A stretch of 64,000 bases of DNA from Candidatus Methanomethylicaceae archaeon (GTDB lineage: Archaea; Thermoproteota; Methanomethylicia; Methanomethylicales; Methanomethylicaceae): the NCBI GenBank assembly GCA_025057955.1, contig JANXER010000002.1:5391-69390 (forward strand). Reading direction: 5' to 3'. Both the position numbers and the translations under genes were made by a program. The notes below the pieces were generated by a model, which worked only from the letters and a program-made list of their open reading frames with translations, was not told where the DNA came from and did no database searches. This document shows, one piece after another, positions 28,516-37,614 of the stretch (positions within the stretch are counted from its first letter, which is position 1; each line of letters begins with the position of its first letter).

Positions 28516-29844
28516 TTGATTGATATGATTGAAAAATTTGAATGGTATGATGTTTTTGTAAAGAGGGACTATAAACCAGATTTAGAGAATGATGTAGTAG
28601 TTATATTTAAAGTAACACCATCTGAAGGTTTTAAAATTGAAGATGTAGTTGGAGCAGTAGCATCGGAGAGCAGCGTAGGCACATGGACAACATTATCCAT
28701 ATTACCCGATAGAATTTGGAAACTCATGGGGAAGGCTTATGAAATAATAAAGTTAGAAGGAAACTCTCTAATAGCAAAGATAGCTTATCCCATTGAATTA
28801 TTTGAAGAAGGAAATATGCCTGCGTTTCTTGCATCAATTGCCGGAAACATATTTGGAATGAGAAGAGTGAAAAGCTTAAGGATTGAAGATGTATACTTCC
28901 CTTATTCTTTCATGAAATTCTTCAAGGGACCATTGAAAGGAATAGATGGTGTAAGAAATATCTATAAGATATATGGAAGGCCAATTTTAGGAACTGTTCC
29001 AAAGCCTAAAGTAGGATATACTCCAGAGGAGCTTGAAAAAATATCCTATGATATTCTTTCGGGAGGAATGGATTATATTAAGGATGATGAAAATTTAGCC
29101 TCTCCTCCCTTCTGTCGTTTTGAAGAGAGAGCTAAGGGAATTATGAGAGCAATAGATAAAGCTGAGAAGGAAAGTGGAGAGAGAAAAGTTTGGCTTGCTA
29201 ATATAACAGCTGATGTAAAGGAAATGGAGAGAAGGCTTAAACTAATAGCAGATTATGGAAATCCATTTATTATGATAGATGTAGTAATAATTGGTTGGTC
29301 CTCACTTAATTATATAAGAGATCTCGCAGAAGAGTATAATCTAGGAATACATGCCCATAGGGCATTTCATGCTGCATTTACAAGGAATAGAGATCATGGA
29401 ATGTCTATGTTCGCTCTATCAAAGCTCCTCAGATTAATGGGGGTCGATCAACTTCATATTGGCACTCCTGAAGTTGGTAAATTAGAGGCGAAAACCGAAG
29501 AAGTTATAGAATATGCAAAAGTTTTAAGAGAAAGCATTTATAGGTCAAATGAAGTAAATCGCATGGAACAACCGTGGTATCATATAAAGCCAGTTTTACC
29601 AACATCCTCTGGAGGCTTGCATCCTGGAACCTTGCCTGAGGTTATTAAATCGCTTGGAGTTGATTTAGTGATTCAAGTTGGCGGTGGAGTATTAGGACAT
29701 CCAGATGGCCCTAGGGATGGAGCAGCTGCAGTTAGACAAGCAGTGGAAGCAATAACTAAGGGCATTCCTCTGAAGGATTATGCTACGCAGCATAAGGAGT
29801 TAAGAAGAGCGCTTGAAAAATGGGGAATTCTAAGAATTTCATAA
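28516..29844 (+). CDS. rbcL: Ribulose-1,5-bisphosphate carboxylase/oxygenase large subunit, archaeal form III
   Basis: 442 aa. GGMDYIKDDEN (GGxDFxKDDE), HAHRA, Gly-rich C-terminal region. Confidence 0.9.
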   Translation: MIDMIEKFEWYDVFVKRDYKPDLENDVVVIFKVTPSEGFKIEDVVGAVASESSVGTWTTLSILPDRIWKLMGKAYEIIKLEGNSLIAKIAYPIELFEEGNMPAFLASIAGNIFGMRRVKSLRIEDVYFPYSFMKFFKGPLKGIDGVRNIYKIYGRPILGTVPKPKVGYTPEELEKISYDILSGGMDYIKDDENLASPPFCRFEERAKGIMRAIDKAEKESGERKVWLANITADVKEMERRLKLIADYGNPFIMIDVVIIGWSSLNYIRDLAEEYNLGIHAHRAFHAAFTRNRDHGMSMFALSKLLRLMGVDQLHIGTPEVGKLEAKTEEVIEYAKVLRESIYRSNEVNRMEQPWYHIKPVLPTSSGGLHPGTLPEVIKSLGVDLVIQVGGGVLGHPDGPRDGAAAVRQAVEAITKGIPLKDYATQHKELRRALEKWGILRIS

Positions 29845-29854
29845 CTCTTTCATT

Positions 29855-29880
29855 CTTAATTTTCCGACTTAATTTTCCGA
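29855..29880. repeat. Perfect 13-nt tandem duplication (CTTAATTTTCCGA x2) directly downstream of RuBisCO
   Basis: Seen in the sequence. Confidence 0.6.
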
Positions 29881-30065
29881 TTCATTAGCTTTTTGCTTAA
29901 AAGGAATGGAATTCAAGCTTTAATGATCAAATTATCAGCTTATGCTTAAAGGATTTTGGTATGTTCTATAGGGAAATAAGAAATTTAAGAAATTTCATTC
30001 AAACACCTCTATTGATGATATTCCATAGGCATTTCTTCTATATATACCAGTACTTTTAGATAATA

Positions 30066-31064
30066 TTGATTATGGAAATTGGTAAAAGTGTAATTTTCAT
30101 AGCAGTGGGGGGAGGAGGAGATGTTGCATCAGCCTCTATGCTTGCACTTGCTGCTAGAAGAATTGGCCTTAAATCTCACATAGCAAGCATAGTTTGGGAA
30201 AGATTTTCAATTGATAGAGTACCTGGTCCTGTGAAATTTAATGAAATCTTAAATGCTATACGCATAGGAGATTATTCAATGTTAGTTTCTGAAGAATCAA
30301 GAGCATTAAGAGGAGGAAGAGAAATATCATTTCAATCTGCAAATGTTTCAAGAGCCATTGGAGAGAAAATTGGTATTGTAGATATTACTAGAGGAACAAT
30401 TGGTATGGAAAAAGGCATAAAAGAACTTGCTGAATTCTTTGGATGTGATACAATTATAGGAGTGGATGTAGGAGGGGATATACTTTCGAATGGATTTGAA
30501 AAAGATTTGTGGAGTCCTTTGGCTGATTTCATAAGTTTAGCGGCAATATCTAAATTGGATGGTATAATCTACGTCCACTCTATTGGAAGCGATGGAGAAC
30601 TTTCACAAAGTTATCTCTTAAGAAGAATTGCACTTATAGCAGAGAGAGGGGGATTATTAGGAGCCAGGGGAATGATGAAGGAGGATGCTGAGGTTTTAGA
30701 GAAAATTTTAACGTATGTGGAAAGTGAAGCTAGTAAAGTGGCGCTTCTTGCATTTAGAGGATATTATGGATATTTAAATTTAAGAAATAACTCCAGAAGG
30801 ACTTTCGTAACTCCACTCAATACATTAACTTTCTTTTTCAAAGCTAAGATTATTTCAGAATTAAATCCATTAGTACCAGAACTATTAAATGTTACAAGTA
30901 TTGAAGAAGCTAAACATAAGCTTAATGAGAGAGGTGTTTTTACAGAGTTGAACCTTGAGGAGAATCTCTTTGAGATTTTAAATAAGGGAGGAAAAATTAC
31001 GGGAAAAATTATCAGAGAAATAAAGAGATCTTTCTTAAAAAATAGGAATAACCAGTCTAAGTAA
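30066..31064 (+). CDS. Archaeal DUF1152-like protein
   Basis: 332 aa. N-terminus FIAVGGGGDVASASMLA. Confidence 0.4.
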   Translation: MIMEIGKSVIFIAVGGGGDVASASMLALAARRIGLKSHIASIVWERFSIDRVPGPVKFNEILNAIRIGDYSMLVSEESRALRGGREISFQSANVSRAIGEKIGIVDITRGTIGMEKGIKELAEFFGCDTIIGVDVGGDILSNGFEKDLWSPLADFISLAAISKLDGIIYVHSIGSDGELSQSYLLRRIALIAERGGLLGARGMMKEDAEVLEKILTYVESEASKVALLAFRGYYGYLNLRNNSRRTFVTPLNTLTFFFKAKIISELNPLVPELLNVTSIEEAKHKLNERGVFTELNLEENLFEILNKGGKITGKIIREIKRSFLKNRNNQSK

Positions 31065-31082
31065 AAAATTTTAAATATCTTC

Positions 31083-31520
31083 CTAAATATCAAGAAGGTT
31101 TAGACCGGTAATTGGATCATATTTTCTATTTAGCACTGGAGAAATCTCCTTGAGATGAACCTCACACGCAAAAACTTTAGATCCTTCAGTTAAATGACCT
31201 CCATAACATCTTCCTTCTCTATCTGAAAGTACTAAATGAGCATGCACCATTATCTCTTCATTTAGCATGGCAATATTGCCAATACCAGATACAATTTCAA
31301 CAGGAAAATCAAATGTAATTTTCACATATCTTTTCTCACTCTGAATATAGTAGAATAGGGATGCATTCTTAAGTCCACCCAACAATGTAAATACTGCAGT
31401 TTTCACATTGAGCTTTTTTGCTAAATCCTTCAGCGCTAGCAGTAGATCAGAGTCGTAGGGAAGTTTGCATATGAATTCCCTTTTTGGTTCAACTTCTAAA
31501 TAGCTCATAAGATCAGCCAT
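31083..31520 (-). CDS. PPC/DUF296 domain protein
   Basis: 145 aa. Pattern fits the plants-and-prokaryotes-conserved domain. Weak. Confidence 0.45.
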   Translation of the reverse strand: MADLMSYLEVEPKREFICKLPYDSDLLLALKDLAKKLNVKTAVFTLLGGLKNASLFYYIQSEKRYVKITFDFPVEIVSGIGNIAMLNEEIMVHAHLVLSDREGRCYGGHLTEGSKVFACEVHLKEISPVLNRKYDPITGLNLLDI

Positions 31521-31564
31521 AAGAATTATGTAGGAATAAATTTAAAACTTTTTGTGGTGAAAGC

Positions 31565-32605
31565 TTGCTTTTCTTTATCATCACCACAGGAATGTGTAAT
31601 TTAAATTGTAAATATTGTGGAGGGAGTTTTCCTGAAAAATACGTTCCATATAGAATAAAATATGAACTAAATCGATTAAGAGATTTCATTGAACAAGATA
31701 AGGATGCTGTAATAGCATTTTATGGAGGAGAACCCCTTCTAAACTATCAATTTATAAAAAATGTTATGGATAAAGTTGAAGCAAAAAAATTTGTAATTCA
31801 AACCAATGGTCTTCTCTATGAAAAGCTCAGCATGGATTATTGGCAAAAATTCGATGCAGTTTTGCTCTCCATAGATGGAAGGAGGGAGGTTACTGATTAT
31901 TATAGAGGGATGGGAGTTTATAATAAAGTAATTAAGGCAGCACTATGGTTAAGAAAGAATGATTACAGAGGTGATCTAATAGCAAGGATGACTGCATCAG
32001 AAAGAACTGATATCTATAAGGATGTTGTTCATTTGCTTAATCTCAAGATTTTCGATCATATACACTGGCAATTGGATGTGGGTTGGAGCGATTTATGGAA
32101 AAATTTCGATAATTGGTGTGAATACAATTATAAGCCGGGATTAAGAGCTCTTGTAAAATTATGGATAGAAGATCTTAAGAATGAATCGGTATTAGGAATT
32201 GTTCCATTCCTTGGCATAATTAAGAGATTACTTTACAATGGGCCAAAGCCTCCATGTGGTGCAGGAATCGAGTCTTTTACAGTTCTACCCAATGGTAAAA
32301 TATTAGCATGTCCAATAGCTTATAATGTAAAATGGGCGATCGTTGGAGATTTAGAAAATAACTCCCCTTCGAATATTAAGAAAGTGGAAATAGGCGGATT
32401 CTGTAACAATTGTAAATACTTCGAAATCTGTGGAGGGAGATGCCTATATGTGAATAGAGAGGGATTATGGAGAGATAAAATTAAAAAAGTTTGTGATGTT
32501 ACAATATTTACTATTAATCTAATTAAAGAAAACATTAAGTATATAAAAAATTTTGAAAAAGTCATTTATCCTAATTTTAATAATTCAACAGAGATTATAC
32601 CATAA
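31565..32605 (+). CDS. Radical SAM / SPASM-domain protein (peptide/protein maturase-type)
   Basis: CNLNCKYCGG (CxxxCxxC) at residues 11-18, FYGGEPLL, and C-terminal auxiliary-cluster motifs CGAG...ACP and CNNCKYFEICGGRC. Confidence 0.8.
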   Translation: MLFFIITTGMCNLNCKYCGGSFPEKYVPYRIKYELNRLRDFIEQDKDAVIAFYGGEPLLNYQFIKNVMDKVEAKKFVIQTNGLLYEKLSMDYWQKFDAVLLSIDGRREVTDYYRGMGVYNKVIKAALWLRKNDYRGDLIARMTASERTDIYKDVVHLLNLKIFDHIHWQLDVGWSDLWKNFDNWCEYNYKPGLRALVKLWIEDLKNESVLGIVPFLGIIKRLLYNGPKPPCGAGIESFTVLPNGKILACPIAYNVKWAIVGDLENNSPSNIKKVEIGGFCNNCKYFEICGGRCLYVNREGLWRDKIKKVCDVTIFTINLIKENIKYIKNFEKVIYPNFNNSTEIIP

Positions 32606-32607
32606 AA

Positions 32608-32964
32608 CTATCTTCTCCATCTCATTCTAAAAATAGTAATTAAGAATGTAGAAAAAATTACCATAAAAATAATAGCCAAATTAAATAAATCAAAACCAAA
32701 AAAAATTCCCATTATTATCGATCCTATTAAATAGCCTATTGCATACATTAGCCCCCAATGTTTCATTAGTTCTATTATGGCAATTGCTCCAATTAGGATT
32801 ATTAACTTGCAAAGAACAATAATAGAAGGATCATACGCTGACCAATATCCTATCATATGAGGGGCATTTAATATAATAGCTCCAGAGATCTCAAGTGGAA
32901 TAGATAGAGAAAGGCCAAGCAATATATCATTAATAGCCATTGCCAAATCGTTAACTTCGTTCAT
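32608..32964 (-). CDS. Small polytopic membrane protein
   Basis: 118 aa with 3 TM segments. Last gene of the minus-strand operon. Confidence 0.4.
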   Translation of the reverse strand: MNEVNDLAMAINDILLGLSLSIPLEISGAIILNAPHMIGYWSAYDPSIIVLCKLIILIGAIAIIELMKHWGLMYAIGYLIGSIIMGIFFGFDLFNLAIIFMVIFSTFLITIFRMRWRR

Positions 32965-33022
32965 TAAAAGTTTATTCTACTTTAATTATTATAAACTTTA
33001 TTATTAAAAAAACACATAACTT

Positions 33023-33655
33023 TCACCATATTATCAAATAATTAACAACAGTATCATTAAAGTCAATATGATATCTCGATCTATCGAAAAATAATCTTCC
33101 AATACTTATCTCAACAATGCTATCATCCTGAGGCTCTATAAATATAAGGCCTCTATCCGTGGTATTGAAGCAAACAATAGCATGCCCCCCATTTGGAAAG
33201 TATATCAAAACGAATCCACATCTATAACCTCTATTAAAAGCATTATTCTTAACATCTGAGGCAAAGTGAACACATTCATATTTTCCTCTGATGTATTGAT
33301 TTTTATCAGTTTGATCCATGGCTATGAAACTAAGCATCTCTTGATATGTGGGATCGCGAATTGTATAGCCTCTTCCAGCACCATCTTTAACTCCCTTTAA
33401 ATATCCAGAGGTATAACCATCATTATATCCTGATGAATAACCATCATTATAGCCAATTCCTCTTCCATGATTAAATCCCAAGATGTATCCAGTTTCATTT
33501 CCAATATTAAAACCATGAATATATCCTGATGAATTCCCATCCTTAAGTCCAGCATAATAGCCTGTCTGAAATCCTTGTGTTGTTCCAATGCTTAAGCCAA
33601 TGATATAACATAATATACTCATAATAATTAAGATAAATATTCCATAAAATTTCAT
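33023..33655 (-). CDS. Membrane-anchored/secreted Gly-Tyr-Asn-rich repeat protein with Cys-containing C-terminal domain
   Basis: N-terminal TM/signal segment, then degenerate G(Y/F)xxG repeats over about 70 aa, then a globular C-terminal domain. Confidence 0.5.
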   Translation of the reverse strand: MKFYGIFILIIMSILCYIIGLSIGTTQGFQTGYYAGLKDGNSSGYIHGFNIGNETGYILGFNHGRGIGYNDGYSSGYNDGYTSGYLKGVKDGAGRGYTIRDPTYQEMLSFIAMDQTDKNQYIRGKYECVHFASDVKNNAFNRGYRCGFVLIYFPNGGHAIVCFNTTDRGLIFIEPQDDSIVEISIGRLFFDRSRYHIDFNDTVVNYLIIW

Positions 33656-33841
33656 ATTATATTTAATTAAAAAAAAATTATAGAAAAATATTTCTATACG
33701 TTAAAGATAAATTTAAAGGGTGGATTATGACTAATAGGAAAAAAATTAAGAATTTGTTTAATCATATTGAGAAAGTCTGTGAATGGGCAGAGAGGCATAG
33801 CTTTCCTTCTTGCTAAAAAATATTAATTGTTAATTTAGCTT

Positions 33842-34087
33842 CTAGATAAAAATATCTTTTTTCCATAATATTTTCGAGATTATGGATCTTATTTTTCTTC
33901 CAAACTTGATAATCATAACTAAAAAAATAATTATTGGATAAGGACAAAAACCCCCTAGAGGACATGAAAGGCATGTAAGATTGCAATAGATAAGATAGTT
34001 CATTGGAGCATAGGATGCTGCTAAGATAAAAGTCAACATAATTCTAAGCTTTTTAAGCATTTTGATCCCTAGTTGATTTCTCGCCAT
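33842..34087 (-). CDS. Small Cys-containing membrane protein
   Basis: 81 aa. CNLTCLSCPLGGFCPYP. Overlaps the polyferredoxin gene by 19 nt. Confidence 0.3.
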   Translation of the reverse strand: MARNQLGIKMLKKLRIMLTFILAASYAPMNYLIYCNLTCLSCPLGGFCPYPIIIFLVMIIKFGRKIRSIISKILWKKDIFI

Positions 34088-34938
34088 ACCATTGTAAATG
34101 CATTATTTGGACATCTTTTAACACACTCTTTGCAGTTTATACATAACGTTCTATCTATTGACTTATTGGAATCTATTGCCCACATTGGACAAACCTTCAT
34201 ACATATATCACAGTTATTGCATTTTACGTTGTTTCTTCTAATGGTTCTATAGAAGCCAAGCTTTGCACCAAGACTATGAAATAGACCTGACATAGCTCCT
34301 AATGGGCAGAACATTATACACCATGCCCTTCCACCCACTGTGAAAACTCCTCCTATAATAAGCCAAAAAATTAACACTATTATTGATCCACTGTGCCAAT
34401 ATAGCACGGTTGAAGAGGAGATTGCATCTACTAAGCTTTGAAGAACTGAAGATGCACAATATCTACAGCAAATACTACTTATACCAATATAACCAAGCCC
34501 AATCAATAACGATATTACTATCCAACCAGCAAGGAAACCATATCTCAAACTTCTGGTGATGCTAGTATCCTTTATTCTCAATCTATAAGGAAACGGTATA
34601 ATTCTACTTAATGCTTCACTCACTGCTCCCACTGGGCATAACCATCCACAGAATATTGGACCAAGCACAAAGGCTATTATTAGAGCAAGAATCACTGTAC
34701 CAAACATTATCGGATATTGAAATAAATAGAAGATTCGACCTGAAAATATCCATTCGAATGGCATTCTAAAGCATATTCCATGTAAATCTGGTGGATAAAT
34801 ATTGCCAATTGTAAAGTAAATCAATCTAGTTAAAAGGGCGAAAGGAGCAACAAACATTATGAGGCCAATAATCCAGAAAATATACCTCCATTTGTTAATT
34901 GATAATTTCTTAAAAGCATTTATTAATCTCAACAACAT
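34069..34938 (-). CDS. Membrane-bound polyferredoxin, NapH/MauN/NosR-like (two 4Fe-4S motifs plus FCGWLCP loop)
   Basis: TM helices, FCGWLCPVGA, CIMFCPLGA, CNNCDICMKVCP, CINCKECVKRCP. Confidence 0.7.
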   Translation of the reverse strand: MLLRLINAFKKLSINKWRYIFWIIGLIMFVAPFALLTRLIYFTIGNIYPPDLHGICFRMPFEWIFSGRIFYLFQYPIMFGTVILALIIAFVLGPIFCGWLCPVGAVSEALSRIIPFPYRLRIKDTSITRSLRYGFLAGWIVISLLIGLGYIGISSICCRYCASSVLQSLVDAISSSTVLYWHSGSIIVLIFWLIIGGVFTVGGRAWCIMFCPLGAMSGLFHSLGAKLGFYRTIRRNNVKCNNCDICMKVCPMWAIDSNKSIDRTLCINCKECVKRCPNNAFTMVWREIN

Positions 34939-35507
34939 TCACCTCCTATATACGAATGGTAACTTCTTATGATCATTATTGGAATAAAAGTCAAAAGTTC
35001 ATTAGAGTTTGCATCATAAATTAATAGTCCACCATCATATATAATTTTTTCATCCATGTAATATTCAGGAATAATGAAGTACCAGTCAATACTAAGAAGA
35101 TCAATTCTTCCACCCGGGGGTATTGGTGCTGTAAAAGTACGCGTAGATGAATTATATGGCCAATTTGCTTTTACTTCCCATACTATAGGAATATCACTTT
35201 CAATGAGTTCCAAGCGAATATTTATAGGCCTTTTACCTACATTATAAATCCAATGTGTGGATATTGCCTCTATATTGGGCTGAAGCAATTTCTTGAGAAA
35301 TCCTCTTCCATCTAAGTCAATTATCAAAGGAGTCACCCTTATTGGAGGGCCTGCGTCACGAATAATCTTCTCATGTGTTATATTTCCAGCAGGTACAGCT
35401 ACCCAAAAGTGCACAATCTCTGATTTTCTAATCTCCGCTGAATAAGCGCCTGAGTATATTGTTAAGAGAAAAGCCACCATAAATCCTATTATAACCTTAT
35501 AGCGCAA
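34929..35507 (-). CDS. Secreted protein (signal peptide, C-terminal GGECC), first gene of the operon
   Basis: 192 aa with N-terminal signal-like segment. No family recognised. Confidence 0.4.
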   Translation of the reverse strand: MRYKVIIGFMVAFLLTIYSGAYSAEIRKSEIVHFWVAVPAGNITHEKIIRDAGPPIRVTPLIIDLDGRGFLKKLLQPNIEAISTHWIYNVGKRPINIRLELIESDIPIVWEVKANWPYNSSTRTFTAPIPPGGRIDLLSIDWYFIIPEYYMDEKIIYDGGLLIYDANSNELLTFIPIMIIRSYHSYIGGECC

Positions 35508-36470
35508 TTATAAACACCAAATTAATGAGGTTTCTCTTGAAGAATTAAGAATTATGGAATTGATCTCATAAAATCCCAATTAGAAGGAGATCAATTACGA
35601 AAAATTTAAAAGAAAAATTTATGATGGAATTTAAAATAATCTGTGCATTAAATTTGAAGCTTTATAAAGTGGAGTCAAAATCATTCATTTAATAATTATA
35701 AATAGTATCCACCACTATTTATAATCCACAGAGGACTCATAAGGACAAAGTATTAGTATTGTCTAAAATATTACCTAAAATATGCTAGAGGATTCTTGAA
35801 AGAGAGGATTCTTCAAGTATTGTAGAATGCTTGTAGCATTGATTTTAGAGAAAAATAGTAAAATGTTATAACTATTGGCCTATTGAGATCTATAACAATA
35901 TCATCAATATAAGAGGCAATAACATTAATATGTGAGAGTCTGATAAATAATATCATTATTAGCCCAAGGAATTTTTATTAAATAGAATTTTGATGTTTTT
36001 TTCACCATATTTCTAGCATATCCTTTATCGCGGTTAGAATGAAAAGAGTTTATGATGGTTAGAACAGTTATATCATTAGTTATATCATTATCTAAATAAT
36101 TTTATTGGATTGTTCTCAGATTATGAGTAATGGATTTATTTTATGTTTTCATGTTTGTACCATTCTAAGTTGCTATGGACAATATTGTAAAATACCTCAC
36201 CTATAATGATTCTGCTATAGTTCTACTATAGTAAGGAAGATAGGATATGGCTTCATAGTAGTAATCAATCTCTTGCCCAATAATGCGGATATCAAGCGCA
36301 TTCCAATTTAAATTAAGTAACTTTATTGAAGAGTAAAACTAAGAGCATTTAATGTGCTCTTTGTTAGAGATTTGAATTGATTGATTTAAAGATACAATGA
36401 GATTGTAAAATATTTTATTGCTTGATAATTCTGATTAGAATTTCATGAGCACTTTATAAATGATTTCTAA

Positions 36471-36547
36471 TGGTGGGCCGAGCCGGACTTGAACCGGCGA
36501 CCCCCGCCGTGTAAGGGCGGTATCCTACCGGGCTAGACCATCGGCCC
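36471..36547 (-). tRNA. tRNA-Val(UAC) with encoded CCA
   Basis: Acceptor GGGCCGA/TCGGCCC, anticodon loop CTTACAC, T-loop TTCAAGT, 3' ACCA. Confidence 0.9.
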
Positions 36548-36570
36548 AGAAGATTCTATATCTAACAAGC

Positions 36571-37083
36571 TTAAAGATTTTGCGCACCCATCAGATTTCT
36601 CTCTATTTCTTCAATTTTAATTTTAAGCGTCTCAATAATATATTCATTCTTAACATTCTCAAGTCTTTTACCACACTCTGGACATTGAAAATTTAATTCC
36701 ATAGCTTCTTCAAAAGTATATTTAACTTTGTTATGTTCAGAACATGAAAAGAAGATATTGCTCATTTCATATTCAAGGCGCTCTTTTAGTTTTAATAAGA
36801 CCTTCTTCTTCCTCAAATTTAATAAAACATTTATGGCTGTTGGATTAATCCTCCAATAATATTTATACCATCCCACATCCTTATCTCTAACTCTTCTGTA
36901 TGAAATGAATTGATTATCAAAGAGCTGATATAATACCTTTCTAAGGTTATTTAGTTTCATTCCAGTCTTTTGAATTAATTCATCATCAGATACTTCATTC
37001 TTTTCCATCAATATTTTCATAATCTTAGCGGCCTCCTCGCCTAGCAAGGCTTCAACTATATTAACTAGAGCCTCGCTGGACAT
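36571..37083 (-). CDS. tfe: Transcription factor E, alpha subunit (TFE/TFIIE-alpha)
   Basis: N-terminal winged helix plus FSCSEH...CPECG zinc ribbon. 170 aa. Confidence 0.8.
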   Translation of the reverse strand: MSSEALVNIVEALLGEEAAKIMKILMEKNEVSDDELIQKTGMKLNNLRKVLYQLFDNQFISYRRVRDKDVGWYKYYWRINPTAINVLLNLRKKKVLLKLKERLEYEMSNIFFSCSEHNKVKYTFEEAMELNFQCPECGKRLENVKNEYIIETLKIKIEEIERNLMGAQNL

Positions 37084-37089
37084 AAGTGT

Positions 37090-37614
37090 TCACCCATTTA
37101 TTTGAAGCACTTTTTTACCCTTCTCTGATGGTATAATTACTAATTTAGCATTTTGAAATTTTAAGTATTCCCAAGTTCCATTCGTTATTCTATCAAGAAA
37201 TATGGCAAGTGCAGCTACTTCGGAGTGAGGCTGATTTCCAATAGCTATATTATAATCAGATTCATAATAATACTCTATGGGTACTTTTTCCCCTCCTACA
37301 ATTATTAAAACATCCTTTTCTAAGTTAATATTACGTAAAGCTTGATTTATTGGAATGCCATACATAGTCAAATGAACTATAATAGCTCCCCTTTTCTTCC
37401 AATTCCTCATCAAAGCTAAAGGGCTTTCGATAAATTCTATCCAAAAATCCCCTCCCCAAATTTCACAAATCTTACTAATGGTTTTTAAAATTCTTTCATC
37501 CCTCACGCCAGATACATATATGCCCTCTGCACCAAAAGCTCTAGCAACTAAACAAACATGAGTAGTTATTCTCTTATCCCTTTCAGGCCTATGTCCCAGT
37601 CTTAGGACAGCAAT
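37090..37614 (-). CDS. trm56: tRNA (cytidine56-2'-O)-methyltransferase aTrm56 (SPOUT)
   Basis: Extended frame reads IAVLRLGHRPERDKRITTHVCLVARAFGAEG...GNQPHSEVAALAIFLDR. The conserved N-terminus lies upstream of the ORF-track GTG (37504) with no ATG/GTG/TTG before the in-frame stop at 37636-37638. The 5' boundary is approximate. Confidence 0.8.
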   Translation of the reverse strand: MAVLRLGHRPERDKRITTHVCLVARAFGAEGIYVSGVRDERILKTISKICEIWGGDFWIEFIESPLALMRNWKKRGAIIVHLTMYGIPINQALRNINLEKDVLIIVGGEKVPIEYYYESDYNIAIGNQPHSEVAALAIFLDRITNGTWEYLKFQNAKLVIIPSEKGKKVLQING

